Shown here: piece after piece, positions 9,200 to 19,129 of the stretch
Position numbering within the stretch: the first letter of the stretch is position 1
How the letters are laid out: the number at the start of each line of letters is the position of its first letter
Assembly (NCBI GenBank): GCA_007376145.1
Contig: VMFP01000002.1
Coordinates: 8,679-72,678 of the forward strand
Direction: 5' to 3'
From: Parcubacteria group bacterium Gr01-1014_38
GTDB taxonomy: Bacteria; Patescibacteriota; Andersenbacteria; UBA10190; CAIZMI01
Length of the DNA stretch: 64,000 nucleotides
The notes under the pieces: model-generated
Seen by the model: only the letters and a program-made list of their open reading frames with translations
The model's database searches: none
Told to the model about the DNA's origin: nothing
Position numbers and translations under genes: made by a program

Positions 9200-9378
9200 A
9201 GGACGCCACTCTAAGTGGCGTCCGATCCCGCGAGACGGGCGGATGCGCGAGGATCGGACTCGCGAGCACCGCCACCCGGAAAGACGATGCAGAGAAGGAG
9301 GAAACCGCCAGGTTTCTTCCTTCGAGCTTCTGTGGCATAGTGCAAGCGGGAGCGAATCCAAAACACCATCCAAGACCC

Positions 9379-10593
9379 ATGCGCCTCTTTCGTCACCGCC
9401 CGAGCGTCGGGATCGGCGTCGACTTCGGGACCTCGTCGGTCAAAGTAGTGGAGTTAGTTCGAGGGAGAAGCGGATTCCGCCTCGTCACCTATGCGGTGAC
9501 TCGGCAACCGAATCTCCTCCTGGACAACAACGCGCCGGACAGTGTGCCACGCGCCGCCGTGCTGCTGCGGGCAATGTTCCAGCGCGCCCACGTCAGTCAC
9601 GGAGAGGTCGCTGCTGCTCTCCCCGTGCTCTCGGTATTTTCGACCGTTCTGGAGCTGCCCCAGATGCCGGAGCGGGAGCTCAGTTCGGCGGTGACCTTCA
9701 TGGCGAAGAATTACGTCCCAAGTCCACTCACTGAGGTCGTCCTCGGGTGGTTGACCATCGGACCGCCAGAAGACTTGAACCGGTCCGCGCCTGCGGAGAG
9801 CGCTCCGGTCGGAGAGGGACAGGGCTCTTCCTCGTTCGCTCGCCTTGGAACCGGCGCGGCAGCGGCACCGCGACCGGTGGCAGGAGCGCCGCTCTCCCCC
9901 ACGAGGTCGCTCGAGATCCGCAAGATACAGGAAGTGTTTCTCACCGCGGCTCCGCGAGAACTCGTCGGGCGCTACACGGCACTCTTCGAGCGTCTGAATC
10001 TCCGGCTGGCGGCGCTTGAAGTGGAATCCTTTCCCCTGGCCCGTTCGCTCATCCGGGGGGATCGCCGCCCGATCCTCCTCGTGGATCTCGGAGACCGGAC
10101 GACGAGCTTCTCCATCGTGGAGCGCGGCTACCTCCGCTTGAACCAGGCGATTGACGTGGGAGGAGAAGCAATAACGAATGCCATCGCGAAAAAACTTTCT
10201 CTTCCGATCGACCAGGCGGAGCAGCGAAAGCGCGCCGAAGGACTCTCCAGCAGCGCGGAGGCTGGAGCCGCGGGGACCAGTGACATCGGGAGCTCGATCG
10301 CCGCCATCCTTCGACCCCTCGTCATGGAAATCATTACGCGGGCAGAAGTGGTCCGGCGTCTCTATGAGCGGAAGTCACACCGGGCACTTGCCGCGGTCCA
10401 GCTCATCGGCGGCGGTGCACGGCTTCCCCAGCTGGCGGCCTTCTGGACGAGTGTCACGGGAGTACCGTGCGAGGTAGGAAACCCGTGGCGCGGCATCTCC
10501 GTCCCCGCCCCGCTCACCGAGCACCTGCGGCGTTTGGGGCCGTCGTTTTCGGTCGCAGTCGGACTCGCCTTGCGTCCGTTTGAGGAATCGTGA
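9379..10593 (+). CDS. pilM: type IV pilus assembly protein PilM
   Basis: GVDFGTSSVKVVEL, LVDLGDRTT, LIGGGARL, FSVAVGLALR (actin-like fold). Confidence 0.92.
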   Translation: MRLFRHRPSVGIGVDFGTSSVKVVELVRGRSGFRLVTYAVTRQPNLLLDNNAPDSVPRAAVLLRAMFQRAHVSHGEVAAALPVLSVFSTVLELPQMPERELSSAVTFMAKNYVPSPLTEVVLGWLTIGPPEDLNRSAPAESAPVGEGQGSSSFARLGTGAAAAPRPVAGAPLSPTRSLEIRKIQEVFLTAAPRELVGRYTALFERLNLRLAALEVESFPLARSLIRGDRRPILLVDLGDRTTSFSIVERGYLRLNQAIDVGGEAITNAIAKKLSLPIDQAEQRKRAEGLSSSAEAGAAGTSDIGSSIAAILRPLVMEIITRAEVVRRLYERKSHRALAAVQLIGGGARLPQLAAFWTSVTGVPCEVGNPWRGISVPAPLTEHLRRLGPSFSVAVGLALRPFEES

Positions 10594-10688
10594 CCGCTTG
10601 GGGCTAGACTCTCCTCGTGGACTGATGCGCACAGGGCTTTCTGGCCACCTCCTCGCGGAGCCATGCTATACTCCGTACTGACACCGAT

Positions 10689-11276
10689 ATGCCGCAACTC
10701 AACCTCGCTGCCGAAGTCTTCCGTTCCCAGTTGATGGCGCGACGGAGGCGCATGATCTATGGCCTGGCCATCATTCTCCTCCTGCTCGTCGTCGGAGCGT
10801 GGGCCCTGCCCGCGCTCCTCACGCGGAGTCGGGAGCAGCGCATTCAAGACGTCAACCGGAAGATCGGAACACTGGACGCCCAGCTTCAGGCACGGCGTGA
10901 AGAGGTCCGGCCGGTCGTGCTCTTCATGCGGCGTCTGGAGATGCTGAAACAGCACCTGGACGATCACTTCGGGTGGTCCCCGATCCTCGCGGAGTTCGAG
11001 CGGCTTACGCCACCGGTTGCGCGGTTTACCGCGCTCGTGGGGTCGGCCGAGACCGGTCAGTTGACGGCGCAGGTCCTCGTGCCGAGCGTCGATGCGGCAG
11101 CCGACTTCATTGCCAGCCTCCAGAATGTTCGTGGGGTGAACGAGACGCTCTTCTCACGCGTCGAGGTCAAGAATGTGGCCGTCTCGGAGGGAACCGGAGC
11201 GCAGGGGTACATCGTTTCCCTCCGCCTGCCCGTTCCCCGGTCCCTGTTCCGTCTCACCCTCGGGACGACCCCCTAG
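10689..11276 (+). CDS. PilN-like pilus assembly protein
   Basis: N-terminal LNL motif, single TM, coiled coil, WSPILAEFERLTP; position after pilM. Confidence 0.7.
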   Translation: MPQLNLAAEVFRSQLMARRRRMIYGLAIILLLLVVGAWALPALLTRSREQRIQDVNRKIGTLDAQLQARREEVRPVVLFMRRLEMLKQHLDDHFGWSPILAEFERLTPPVARFTALVGSAETGQLTAQVLVPSVDAAADFIASLQNVRGVNETLFSRVEVKNVAVSEGTGAQGYIVSLRLPVPRSLFRLTLGTTP

Positions 11277-11289
11277 GCCGATTCTCTGT

Positions 11290-12000
11290 ATGGCGCGCTC
11301 CACGACCGGCATTTCCTACGCCTCTCTCGCAGTCGTGATCCTCGGTGGGCTGGTGTTTACCGTGTTTGTCACCATCCCGGCGTGGTCGACCTGGCAGGCG
11401 ACCAGACATGTCTTTGCCGAACGTGCGGCGGCTCGAGATGAGCGTATGCGCTTCCTGCAAAACATCGATGCTCGGCTTCAGGAGCTCCAGACGTACGAAG
11501 AGGATGCCCGCGTGTTATCCGTGACCTTTCCGGATACGGAAGCGCCGGCGGACGCTACGGCCATCGTCGGAGCGCTCGCGTCGCGGAACGGTCTGACCGC
11601 ACGGGTCGTTACGGGCCCGGAACTCCGGGATCAGCCCACGTCGCCTAGGGAAACGGCGCTCACCGCGCCGGTGGAAACCGTCTCCCTCGTGACGGAGGGG
11701 CGCCTCAGCGGAATCGCACCGGCAGCACCGCGATCCGCTGTACGCGGCGCGGTCCACGAGTTCCGGGTGAAAGTGCGAGGGACGTACGCCGGGGTCAGCG
11801 CCTTTCTCCGCGATCTCGAGAAGAGCGTGCGGTTCTTCGACATCCCCAGCATCGACGTCAAAGGTGGGTTCGATGACGGGTCGGCGGAAGCGGACCTTGC
11901 GATTCTCACGTACATCGCCGGGACCGGTGGTCCCTTCCTTCCCGCATCCGCCTCTGCGGCAGTGACTGGAAGCCCCACCACTCCTTCGCCGGTACCGTAA
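11290..12000 (+). CDS. PilO-like pilus assembly protein
   Basis: N-terminal TM, coiled coil, VRGTYAGVSAFLRDLEKSVRFFDI motif. Confidence 0.75.
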   Translation: MARSTTGISYASLAVVILGGLVFTVFVTIPAWSTWQATRHVFAERAAARDERMRFLQNIDARLQELQTYEEDARVLSVTFPDTEAPADATAIVGALASRNGLTARVVTGPELRDQPTSPRETALTAPVETVSLVTEGRLSGIAPAAPRSAVRGAVHEFRVKVRGTYAGVSAFLRDLEKSVRFFDIPSIDVKGGFDDGSAEADLAILTYIAGTGGPFLPASASAAVTGSPTTPSPVP

Positions 12001-12021
12001 TCTCCTTAAGGCATCGCATCC

Positions 12022-12312
12022 ATGGAACTCTCCCGACAGCAAAAACTTGCCTACGGAACGGTCGCGATTCTCGCGGTGATCTTCCTCGTGGTTCTCGTGT
12101 ATCTCCAGATTTCCCGAGGACGCGAGCGGGTGTCGGTCCAAGTTCCCGAGGCCGTCACGGTGGAAGGCTTGGCGCCCTCGGCGGCTGCTCGCCCCTTGGA
12201 TGTGACGGTTCTCCGCGATCCACGGTACCAGGTGTTGGATCGCAGCCTCATTGACCAGGGGCGACTTCCGGTTCCTCCACCGACGACCCGGGGGAAACCG
12301 AATCTCTTTTAA
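12022..12312 (+). CDS. small membrane-anchored pilus-cluster protein (PilP-position)
   Basis: Single TM, C-terminal GKPNLF; lies between pilO-like and pilB. Confidence 0.55.
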   Translation: MELSRQQKLAYGTVAILAVIFLVVLVYLQISRGRERVSVQVPEAVTVEGLAPSAAARPLDVTVLRDPRYQVLDRSLIDQGRLPVPPPTTRGKPNLF

Positions 12313-12454
12313 GTCTGGAAGAGGGCACGAAGTTCCCTCTTCCATGCATCACCCTCCTTTCGTGGTGCTCGCGAGTTCGGGACCTTATAACCCGCAACTC
12401 GCTCGCCGGATGACGGGGAAAGTTTCGTGTACACTATTCTGACGGAGGTGACCT

Positions 12455-14203
12455 GTGGCCGAGCAACGAACACCACAATCCGTTGAAGAGATTCTCGTCG
12501 AGTGGGGCTACTTGACGCCAGAGCAGCGTGACGCCCTGCGCGACTTGATGGCGCGGACCGGGAGGACTGCCGATGACCTTCTCTTGTCCGAGCGGTTCGT
12601 TCCGGAGGATCAGTTCGCGCGCGCGAAGGGAGTGCTCCTCGGTATTCCCTACGTGGATTTGCGGCGGACGGCGATTCATCCCGACGCCGTGAAGGAAATT
12701 TCGTTCGAGGCGGCACGGACGTACCAGTTCATCCCTTTTGCCAAGGAGGACAACGTCCTCCATGTGGCGCTCGCGCAGCCGGAAAATTTCCAAGCGCTCG
12801 AAGCGCTGAAGTTTCTCACGAAGAAGTCGGGGCTGAGTACCCAGATTCACATTGCGACCGCGTCCGCAGTGGAAGAGGCACTGTCGAAGTCGCTCGGTGG
12901 TCTCCACGCCGAGGTCGCCACCGCGATTCAGGAATTTTCCCAGGAGGTGGAGGAAGCCGGGCGGTTAGAGAAGCGGGAGGAGCGCGATCTCGAGCGCATT
13001 CTCGAAGAAGCTCCCGCCACGAAGGCGGTAGCCGTGATTATCCGGTACGCCATTGAAGGACGGGCGAGCGACATTCACATCGAGCCTGAGCCGGATAATC
13101 TCCGCATCCGTTTCCGGGTCGACGGTGTGCTCCACACGAGTCTCGTACTTCCCTTGAAAGTGCATAGCGCGATCGCCTCGCGGATTAAGATCTTGAGCAA
13201 CTTGAAAATCGACGAGCAGCGGTTACCGCAGGACGGTCGGTTTTCCACCACGGCGGGCGGACACGAGTACGACTTCCGCGTCTCCGTGATGCCGACGACG
13301 CTTGGCGAGAAAGTGGCGCTCCGCATCCTCGATAAGTCCCAGGGCGCGCTCCCCTTCGAAACGCTCGGCTACCGCGGTCGCCGGAAGGATGATCTCCTCG
13401 CGGCGCTCTCTCGCCCGTACGGACTGTTCCTCATCACGGGGCCGACCGGCTCCGGAAAATCCACCACGCTCTTCACCGCCTTGGATCATTTGAATAAGCC
13501 GGACGTGAACATCGTCACCCTTGAAGACCCCGTGGAGTACCATGTCGCCGGCGTCAACCAGACGCAGGTGAATCCCGATATCGGATTAGCGTTTGCTTCC
13601 GGTCTCCGGAGTATCCTCCGCCAGGACCCGGACATCATCATGGTGGGAGAAATCCGGGACTTAGAGACGGCGGAACTCGCCGTGCACTCCGCTCTCACCG
13701 GACATCTCGTCCTCTCGACCCTCCACACGAACGACGCTGTGGGCGCTGTCCCTCGCCTCCTTGACATGGGCGTTGAGCCGTTTCTCCTCGCGGCTATTCT
13801 CCGGCTGGTAGGCGCGCAGCGGCTCGTCCGTCGGATTTGCCCGCACTGCCGCGTGTCGGTGCCGTTGTCCGACGAGACCCGTGCTATACTAGCCGTGGAA
13901 CTCCGTGACGTACCTACTGTGGAAAAAGCCGAGGAGAACCTCCGCACTCCTTCGACGCTCGCCCAAGGGCAAGGGTGTACCGAGTGCGGGGGGACGGGGA
14001 CAACCGGGAGAATCGCGATCGTGGAAGTGGTCCCCGTGTCCGAGGAATTTCGGAACGCCATCATCCGCCGGGCGTCCCACGATGAGCTGCGGAAGCTCGC
14101 GACGGCGGCCGGGTATCTGACCATGCGACAGGATGGGATTCTGAAAGCGCTGGCGGGTGAGGTGCCCCTCGAGGAAGTGCTCGGCGCCACGTCGGAAGAT
14201 TGA
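12455..14203 (+). CDS. pilB: type IV pilus extension ATPase PilB (GspE/PulE family)
   Basis: ASDIHIEP, GPTGSGKSTT, LRQDPDIIMVGEIRD, tetracysteine motif. Confidence 0.95.
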   Translation: MAEQRTPQSVEEILVEWGYLTPEQRDALRDLMARTGRTADDLLLSERFVPEDQFARAKGVLLGIPYVDLRRTAIHPDAVKEISFEAARTYQFIPFAKEDNVLHVALAQPENFQALEALKFLTKKSGLSTQIHIATASAVEEALSKSLGGLHAEVATAIQEFSQEVEEAGRLEKREERDLERILEEAPATKAVAVIIRYAIEGRASDIHIEPEPDNLRIRFRVDGVLHTSLVLPLKVHSAIASRIKILSNLKIDEQRLPQDGRFSTTAGGHEYDFRVSVMPTTLGEKVALRILDKSQGALPFETLGYRGRRKDDLLAALSRPYGLFLITGPTGSGKSTTLFTALDHLNKPDVNIVTLEDPVEYHVAGVNQTQVNPDIGLAFASGLRSILRQDPDIIMVGEIRDLETAELAVHSALTGHLVLSTLHTNDAVGAVPRLLDMGVEPFLLAAILRLVGAQRLVRRICPHCRVSVPLSDETRAILAVELRDVPTVEKAEENLRTPSTLAQGQGCTECGGTGTTGRIAIVEVVPVSEEFRNAIIRRASHDELRKLATAAGYLTMRQDGILKALAGEVPLEEVLGATSED

Positions 14204-14215
14204 GGCGATTCACTC

Positions 14216-14626
14216 ATGAGCAGAGGAGAACACCGTATGGCGACATCCAAGGGGAACATCCTCCTCGTCGAAGACGACGCGTTCGTCGCCAGCATGTACC
14301 AGACGAAACTCTCGATGCTCGGATATACCATCCGCGTCGCGAGTGACGGGGAGGAAGGGTGGCGGATGCTCACCTCGGAGCCGCCGGATCTCCTTCTGCT
14401 CGATGTGGTGTTGCCGAAGCGAGACGGGTTTGAAATTCTGGCCGCCGTGCGGAAGGACCCGAAGTTGAAAGATCTTCCCATTCTCCTTCTCACGAACCTG
14501 GGGCAGAAGCCCGACGTGCAGCGGGGTCTCGAGCTCGGCGCGAATGATTACATTATCAAGGCCCACTTCACGCCCTCCGAGGTGGTCGAGAAAATCGAAA
14601 AAGTACTTCGGAAGCGGACATCGTGA
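14216..14626 (+). CDS. stand-alone response regulator receiver protein
   Basis: ILLVEDD, PDLLLLDVVLP, LLTN, DYIIK; no output domain. Confidence 0.9.
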   Translation: MSRGEHRMATSKGNILLVEDDAFVASMYQTKLSMLGYTIRVASDGEEGWRMLTSEPPDLLLLDVVLPKRDGFEILAAVRKDPKLKDLPILLLTNLGQKPDVQRGLELGANDYIIKAHFTPSEVVEKIEKVLRKRTS

Positions 14627-14714
14627 CGCGCCCGTGGCTGACCGGAGGGATCCTTAAAGAAGGCATGGATCAGCGTGGTTCGTCTCTGGCCCGGAGGCGC
14701 ACACGGCGCTCCCG

Positions 14715-15782
14715 ATGAATAGCGGCCCGGCGCCGGAGAAGCTTCTCGCCGAGCTCCTGGCGGAGGTCCTCTCTCTCGGGGCATCCGATTTGCATGTTTC
14801 GGTTGGCCGTCTGCCCATCGTACGGGTCGATGGCGCTCTCCGCGCACTCGAGGGACGCCCGCCGCTCTCGATGGACGACGTCACGAGCATGGTCCAGGTC
14901 GTCATGGGAATCGATCGGTCGCCCCTTTTCTTCACCGAGCGGCGGGAGGTGGACATCGCCTACGATCCGGCGGGCAGCGAGCTTCGCTTTCGCGTGAACG
15001 TCTTTTGGAGTCGCGGGGAACCCACGATTGTGTTCCGCTCCATTCCTCGGGTGATTCGGACGATCCGTGACTTGAACCTTCCCGAAACGCTCCTCCGGTT
15101 CACGGAACCGAGGCAAGGCTTCATCCTCTTGGCCGCTCCGTCCGGTCATGGGAAGACCACGACCATGGCGACGCTCGTGGATCACATCAACCACACGCGA
15201 TCGGACCACATCATCACCATCGAGGATCCTGTCGAGTACGTCTTCACCGAAGTGCGTTCATTGATCCACCAGCGGGAGGTAGGATCGGATGCGCGGTCGT
15301 TTCCCGCTGCGATCCGCGCCGCGCTCCGCGAAGACCCGAACGTGGTGGTTATTGGGGAGATGCGCGATCTCGAGACCATCGCCACCGCCCTGACCGTTTC
15401 CGAAACCGGCCACCTCGTGTTTGGCACCATTCACACGAACGACGCCGCGCAGACGATCGACCGTATCCTCGACGCCTTTCCGGCGGAGCGCCAGGCGGAA
15501 GTCCGCGTGCAACTCGCGGCCACGCTCACCGGGATCGTTTCCCAGCGTCTGGTGCCCCGTGCCTCGGGCGGGCGGATCCCCATCGTGGAAATCCTTGCCG
15601 CCACTCCGGCGGTGCGGAACCTCATTCGGGAGGGGGAAACCGCGCAGATCCCCGGTCTTATTCAGACCGGCGCAGAGTACGGCATGATCTCACTCGAGCG
15701 GTCGGTCGCCGAGCTCCTGCGCCGGGGTGAGGTGACCCCCGATAGTATTCGACCATACCTGCCCACGCTTCCTCCCCCGTGA
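14715..15782 (+). CDS. pilT: type IV pilus retraction ATPase PilT
   Basis: ASDLH, APSGHGKTTT, ALREDPNVVVIGEMRD, AVRNLIRE. Confidence 0.93.
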   Translation: MNSGPAPEKLLAELLAEVLSLGASDLHVSVGRLPIVRVDGALRALEGRPPLSMDDVTSMVQVVMGIDRSPLFFTERREVDIAYDPAGSELRFRVNVFWSRGEPTIVFRSIPRVIRTIRDLNLPETLLRFTEPRQGFILLAAPSGHGKTTTMATLVDHINHTRSDHIITIEDPVEYVFTEVRSLIHQREVGSDARSFPAAIRAALREDPNVVVIGEMRDLETIATALTVSETGHLVFGTIHTNDAAQTIDRILDAFPAERQAEVRVQLAATLTGIVSQRLVPRASGGRIPIVEILAATPAVRNLIREGETAQIPGLIQTGAEYGMISLERSVAELLRRGEVTPDSIRPYLPTLPPP

Positions 15783-15863
15783 GATCAATCGCGCTTCTTG
15801 GCGCGCTCGCCCGCGGAGGCTCTGTGCTACACTGAACTGAAACTACGCACATCAATATCTCCC

Positions 15864-17072
15864 ATGCCCGAGTACTACTACCGCGCGCGCACCCGCCTCG
15901 GCCACGTCACGAAAGGAACGGTCAGAGCCGCAACCCCCGAACGCGCGAGCGAAATGCTCGCGGGACACGGTCTCGCGCCTTTGGAACTCCAGGATGTCCG
16001 CGAGCTCCGGTTCTGGAAGCGGGAACTGAAGTTCGGCGGGGTCCGGATCCGCGATCGGGCGATCTTCGCACGCGAACTCGCCACGATGATTGAAGCGGGA
16101 ATCCCCATTCTCCAGGCGCTGCGCATTCTCGCCCAGCAGACGGAGAGCGTTCGACTCGCGGATATTCTCCGCAACGTGAGTTACGAGGTGGAAGGCGGCA
16201 GTCCGCTGAGCAATGCGTTGGAGAAGTACCCGCGCGCCTTTTCGGATTTCTTTATCAGCATGGTGCGCTCGGGTGAAGCGAGTGGGCAGGTGTCCCGATC
16301 GCTCCAGGCGCTGGCGGAACACGAGGAGCGGGACGCGGAGCTCATCCGGAAAGTTCGTACCGCGCTCCTGTACCCCGCCTTTGTCTTCACCGTGATGATC
16401 GTGCTCGTGCTCGTCATGGCGAACTTCGTCATGCCCCAACTGACCGATCTGTTCCGGGAAGCCAACGTGTCGCTCCCCTTCATGACCCGACTGCTTCTCG
16501 GTATGACGTTCCTCTTCCAGGCCTACTGGTGGTTCGTGCTCATCTTCCTCGGCATCGCGGGGACCATCGTGTTCAACTATCTCCGGACTCCCGAGGGACG
16601 GTACAACGCCAGCGCCTTTGTCCTCCGTCTTCCAATCTTGAGCACGCTCTTAAGGAAACTGTACCTCGCGCGATTCTCCGGGGCTCTCCAAACCCTGCTC
16701 GAAGCAGAGGTGCCGGTGGTCCGCGCGCTCCTCATCGCCCGGGATGTTCTCGCCAATCGCGTCTACCAGGAGATCATCGATCGGACAGCGGAGGACGTGA
16801 AAAACGGGAGCACGATTTCCCAAGCGTTCGAGCGCTACCCCGATATCCCCCTCATGGTGTCCGCCATTGTGGGCGTTGGCGAACGGAGCGGCCAGCTCGG
16901 TCAGGCCTTTGGGAACATCCATCGCTTTTACCGGCGCGACGTGGATGACGCGCTCGGCAACCTGACGGCGCTCATTGAACCGGTGGTCATTGTCGTGATC
17001 GGCGTTGGGGTGGCGTTCCTTCTCGCCGCTGTCCTTCTCCCGCTCTACGGGCTTGTCCAAGTCATTACCTGA
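15864..17072 (+). CDS. pilC: type IV pilus platform protein PilC (T2SS F family)
   Basis: FARELATMIEAGIPI, GEASG, ALLYP, VGERSG, LIEP. Confidence 0.93.
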   Translation: MPEYYYRARTRLGHVTKGTVRAATPERASEMLAGHGLAPLELQDVRELRFWKRELKFGGVRIRDRAIFARELATMIEAGIPILQALRILAQQTESVRLADILRNVSYEVEGGSPLSNALEKYPRAFSDFFISMVRSGEASGQVSRSLQALAEHEERDAELIRKVRTALLYPAFVFTVMIVLVLVMANFVMPQLTDLFREANVSLPFMTRLLLGMTFLFQAYWWFVLIFLGIAGTIVFNYLRTPEGRYNASAFVLRLPILSTLLRKLYLARFSGALQTLLEAEVPVVRALLIARDVLANRVYQEIIDRTAEDVKNGSTISQAFERYPDIPLMVSAIVGVGERSGQLGQAFGNIHRFYRRDVDDALGNLTALIEPVVIVVIGVGVAFLLAAVLLPLYGLVQVIT

Positions 17073-17167
17073 TCGGCAGTCAGCGTATGGTATACTCTCT
17101 GGCACATACCAACAGCCAACACATGCGTCTGACGGCCGATGGTCTTAAGGAAAGGGGGTGAGCGCGG

Positions 17168-17650
17168 ATGAACATCAGGCATTTTCGTCTCCAGCGCGGA
17201 TTCACCCTCATCGAACTCCTCGTGGTCATTGCGATCATCGGGATTCTCGCGACGCTGATTCTGGTCGCCTTGAACGCCGCCCGCTCGCGGGCACGCGATG
17301 CCCGCATCGTCTCGAACTTGGAACAGGCCTTCACTGTCTGCACGCTCCGCAATGACGTGGACGGCGATTACCGGAACTGCAAGGTGGATGACTCAAATGT
17401 TACGGAAGAAGCCGGTGCCATTGCTCGATTGCACGCGGACACCCAGCGGATTGACGGGATCGGTGGCGCTTCGGACGGTGGGATCACCCTTTCCTTGCCG
17501 ACCGGTAACAGCAAGGTCTGCTTGCTCGTGACGCTGAACGCGAAGACCGGAACCGCCAACAAGAAGTTCTGCCGCGACGGTGAAGGGAACATAAGTCCGA
17601 CGGTCGGATCGGCGTCTGCCGCCTGCGGCGCAGGCGTCTGTACGCCCTGA
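17168..17650 (+). CDS. type IV major pilin
   Basis: QRGFTLIELLVVIAIIGILATL class III signal, ARSRARDARI, C-terminal cysteines. Confidence 0.92.
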   Translation: MNIRHFRLQRGFTLIELLVVIAIIGILATLILVALNAARSRARDARIVSNLEQAFTVCTLRNDVDGDYRNCKVDDSNVTEEAGAIARLHADTQRIDGIGGASDGGITLSLPTGNSKVCLLVTLNAKTGTANKKFCRDGEGNISPTVGSASAACGAGVCTP

Positions 17651-17674
17651 AGCGACGTTTCCACTGCTGATTCC

Positions 17675-18463
17675 ATGTGGCGTATCGGCGCATTGCTTGC
17701 TGGCGCCATCGTCGGCAGTTTCCTCACCACCGTCATTGAGCGTCTCCCCTTGGAGGAACAGTTCCTCCGGGGGAGATCGCGTTGTGCGCGGTGCGGGATG
17801 CGGCTGACGCCGCGCGACCTGGTTCCCCTCTTCAGCTTCCTGACATCGCGCGGTCATTGTCGCCACTGCGGAGCCCCGATTCCTTGGTGGCACCTGGCGG
17901 TGGAGGTTGCGACACCAGTGCTCTTCATCCTCGCCGTCGCCCTCTCTCCGAATCCGTCCCTCGTCGATCAGCTCTCTCGGTGGATGCTTCTGGCCCTGCT
18001 TCTCGCGCTGACGGTCATCGATCTCCGCACCTTGCAGTTGCCCGATTCCCTCGTTGCGGCGACGGCGGTCGTCGGTGCCCTCCGCAGTCTGGCGCTCCAG
18101 CATCCTCCGTTTCCGGACGCGGTGCTCGGCGGGTCTGTCGGGCTTTTTCTCATCGGTCTTCTGGCTCTGCTCCCGTGGCGCCGCGCGATCAACGGCGCCG
18201 ACCGTGCCCCCACCACCGCCATGGGCCTGGGCGACGCGAAGCTGGCCGGCGCGATGGGGCTCACGCTTGGTCTGCAGGGGCTCCTCGCCGCCCTCTTGGT
18301 CGCGTTTGTTGCCGGCGGTCTCGTGGCTGGCCTGCTTCTGCTCTCCAAGCGCGCAACGTTGAAAAGCCGCATCCCGTTCGGGCCGTTCCTCGCGGGGGCC
18401 ACGGCGCTTCTCCTCGTGGTTCGAGAGCTCCCGGAAATCTTTTTCCGTCTCGCGGGGTTTTGA
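17675..18463 (+). CDS. pilD: prepilin peptidase
   Basis: GSFL, RSRCARC...GHCRHC, IDLR, MGLGDAKL, IPFGPFL. Confidence 0.93.
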   Translation: MWRIGALLAGAIVGSFLTTVIERLPLEEQFLRGRSRCARCGMRLTPRDLVPLFSFLTSRGHCRHCGAPIPWWHLAVEVATPVLFILAVALSPNPSLVDQLSRWMLLALLLALTVIDLRTLQLPDSLVAATAVVGALRSLALQHPPFPDAVLGGSVGLFLIGLLALLPWRRAINGADRAPTTAMGLGDAKLAGAMGLTLGLQGLLAALLVAFVAGGLVAGLLLLSKRATLKSRIPFGPFLAGATALLLVVRELPEIFFRLAGF

Positions 18464-18493
18464 CCTAGAATACGTCGGAGGACGCACCCGGAC

Positions 18494-19129
18494 ATGACAC
18501 GGAAACTCCAGGATCCCGCGGGGTTCACCCCGTTACAAGCCCTTGAAGGAACATCTCGGAGAGATGTTCCTTCACGAGTCTTCCGAGGGGTGGGTCGGCC
18601 CAACACGGTGAGCGGTGCCAAGCCTTCGGATGTTCCTGACAGGCTTGTAACGGGGTTCACCTTTCTCGAGGTCCTCGTGAGTGCATTTATCCTCGCGCTG
18701 GTTTCGACGATCATCCTCCTCGGCGCTGCGGCCGGGCGGAGAAACGCCATTGTCCGGAGTTCCGCCCAGCAGATCGCGGGCTTCCTCCGCGAGACCGGCG
18801 GGCTCGCCTTGAACGGGGTGAAGGCCGCGAACTGCGACCCTGCGAATGTCGACTGCTCTCGGTACTTGGTGATCTTTGGCCCGTCCGGCCGGAAGAGCGA
18901 ATACGTCCGCCGGGCCGTGGGTGGAGGAACGGAGGTCCGGTCCGTCCTCCCCGCAGGCGCCGTGTTTCCCGTCACCGAGCAGGAAGTCCGGTTCGCGTAC
19001 ACCCCTCCGACGCTCACCGCGACCGCGGCCGCGATCGCTCTCGAGCACACGACGGGAGTCCCGCGGTGGTGGGTGTGCGTGACGAGTCTCGGGGGCGTCG
19101 AGGTGCATACCGGAAGTTGCCCCCCATGA
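18494..19129 (+). CDS. minor pilin (FimT/PilE-like) with 44-aa leader insertion
   Basis: Second GFTFLEVLV motif followed by a hydrophobic helix; first GFTP motif 44 aa upstream. Confidence 0.8.
   Translation: MTRKLQDPAGFTPLQALEGTSRRDVPSRVFRGVGRPNTVSGAKPSDVPDRLVTGFTFLEVLVSAFILALVSTIILLGAAAGRRNAIVRSSAQQIAGFLRETGGLALNGVKAANCDPANVDCSRYLVIFGPSGRKSEYVRRAVGGGTEVRSVLPAGAVFPVTEQEVRFAYTPPTLTATAAAIALEHTTGVPRWWVCVTSLGGVEVHTGSCPP
18519..18661. mobile_element. 132-bp in-frame MITE/REP-like palindromic insertion
   Basis: 15-bp perfect inverted repeats ACCCCGTTACAAGCC (18527-18541) / GGCTTGTAACGGGGT (18642-18656); direct repeat CGGGGTTCACC at 18519 and 18651; internal hairpin GAAGGAACATCTC-GGA-GAGATGTTCCTTC. 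Confidence 0.75.
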
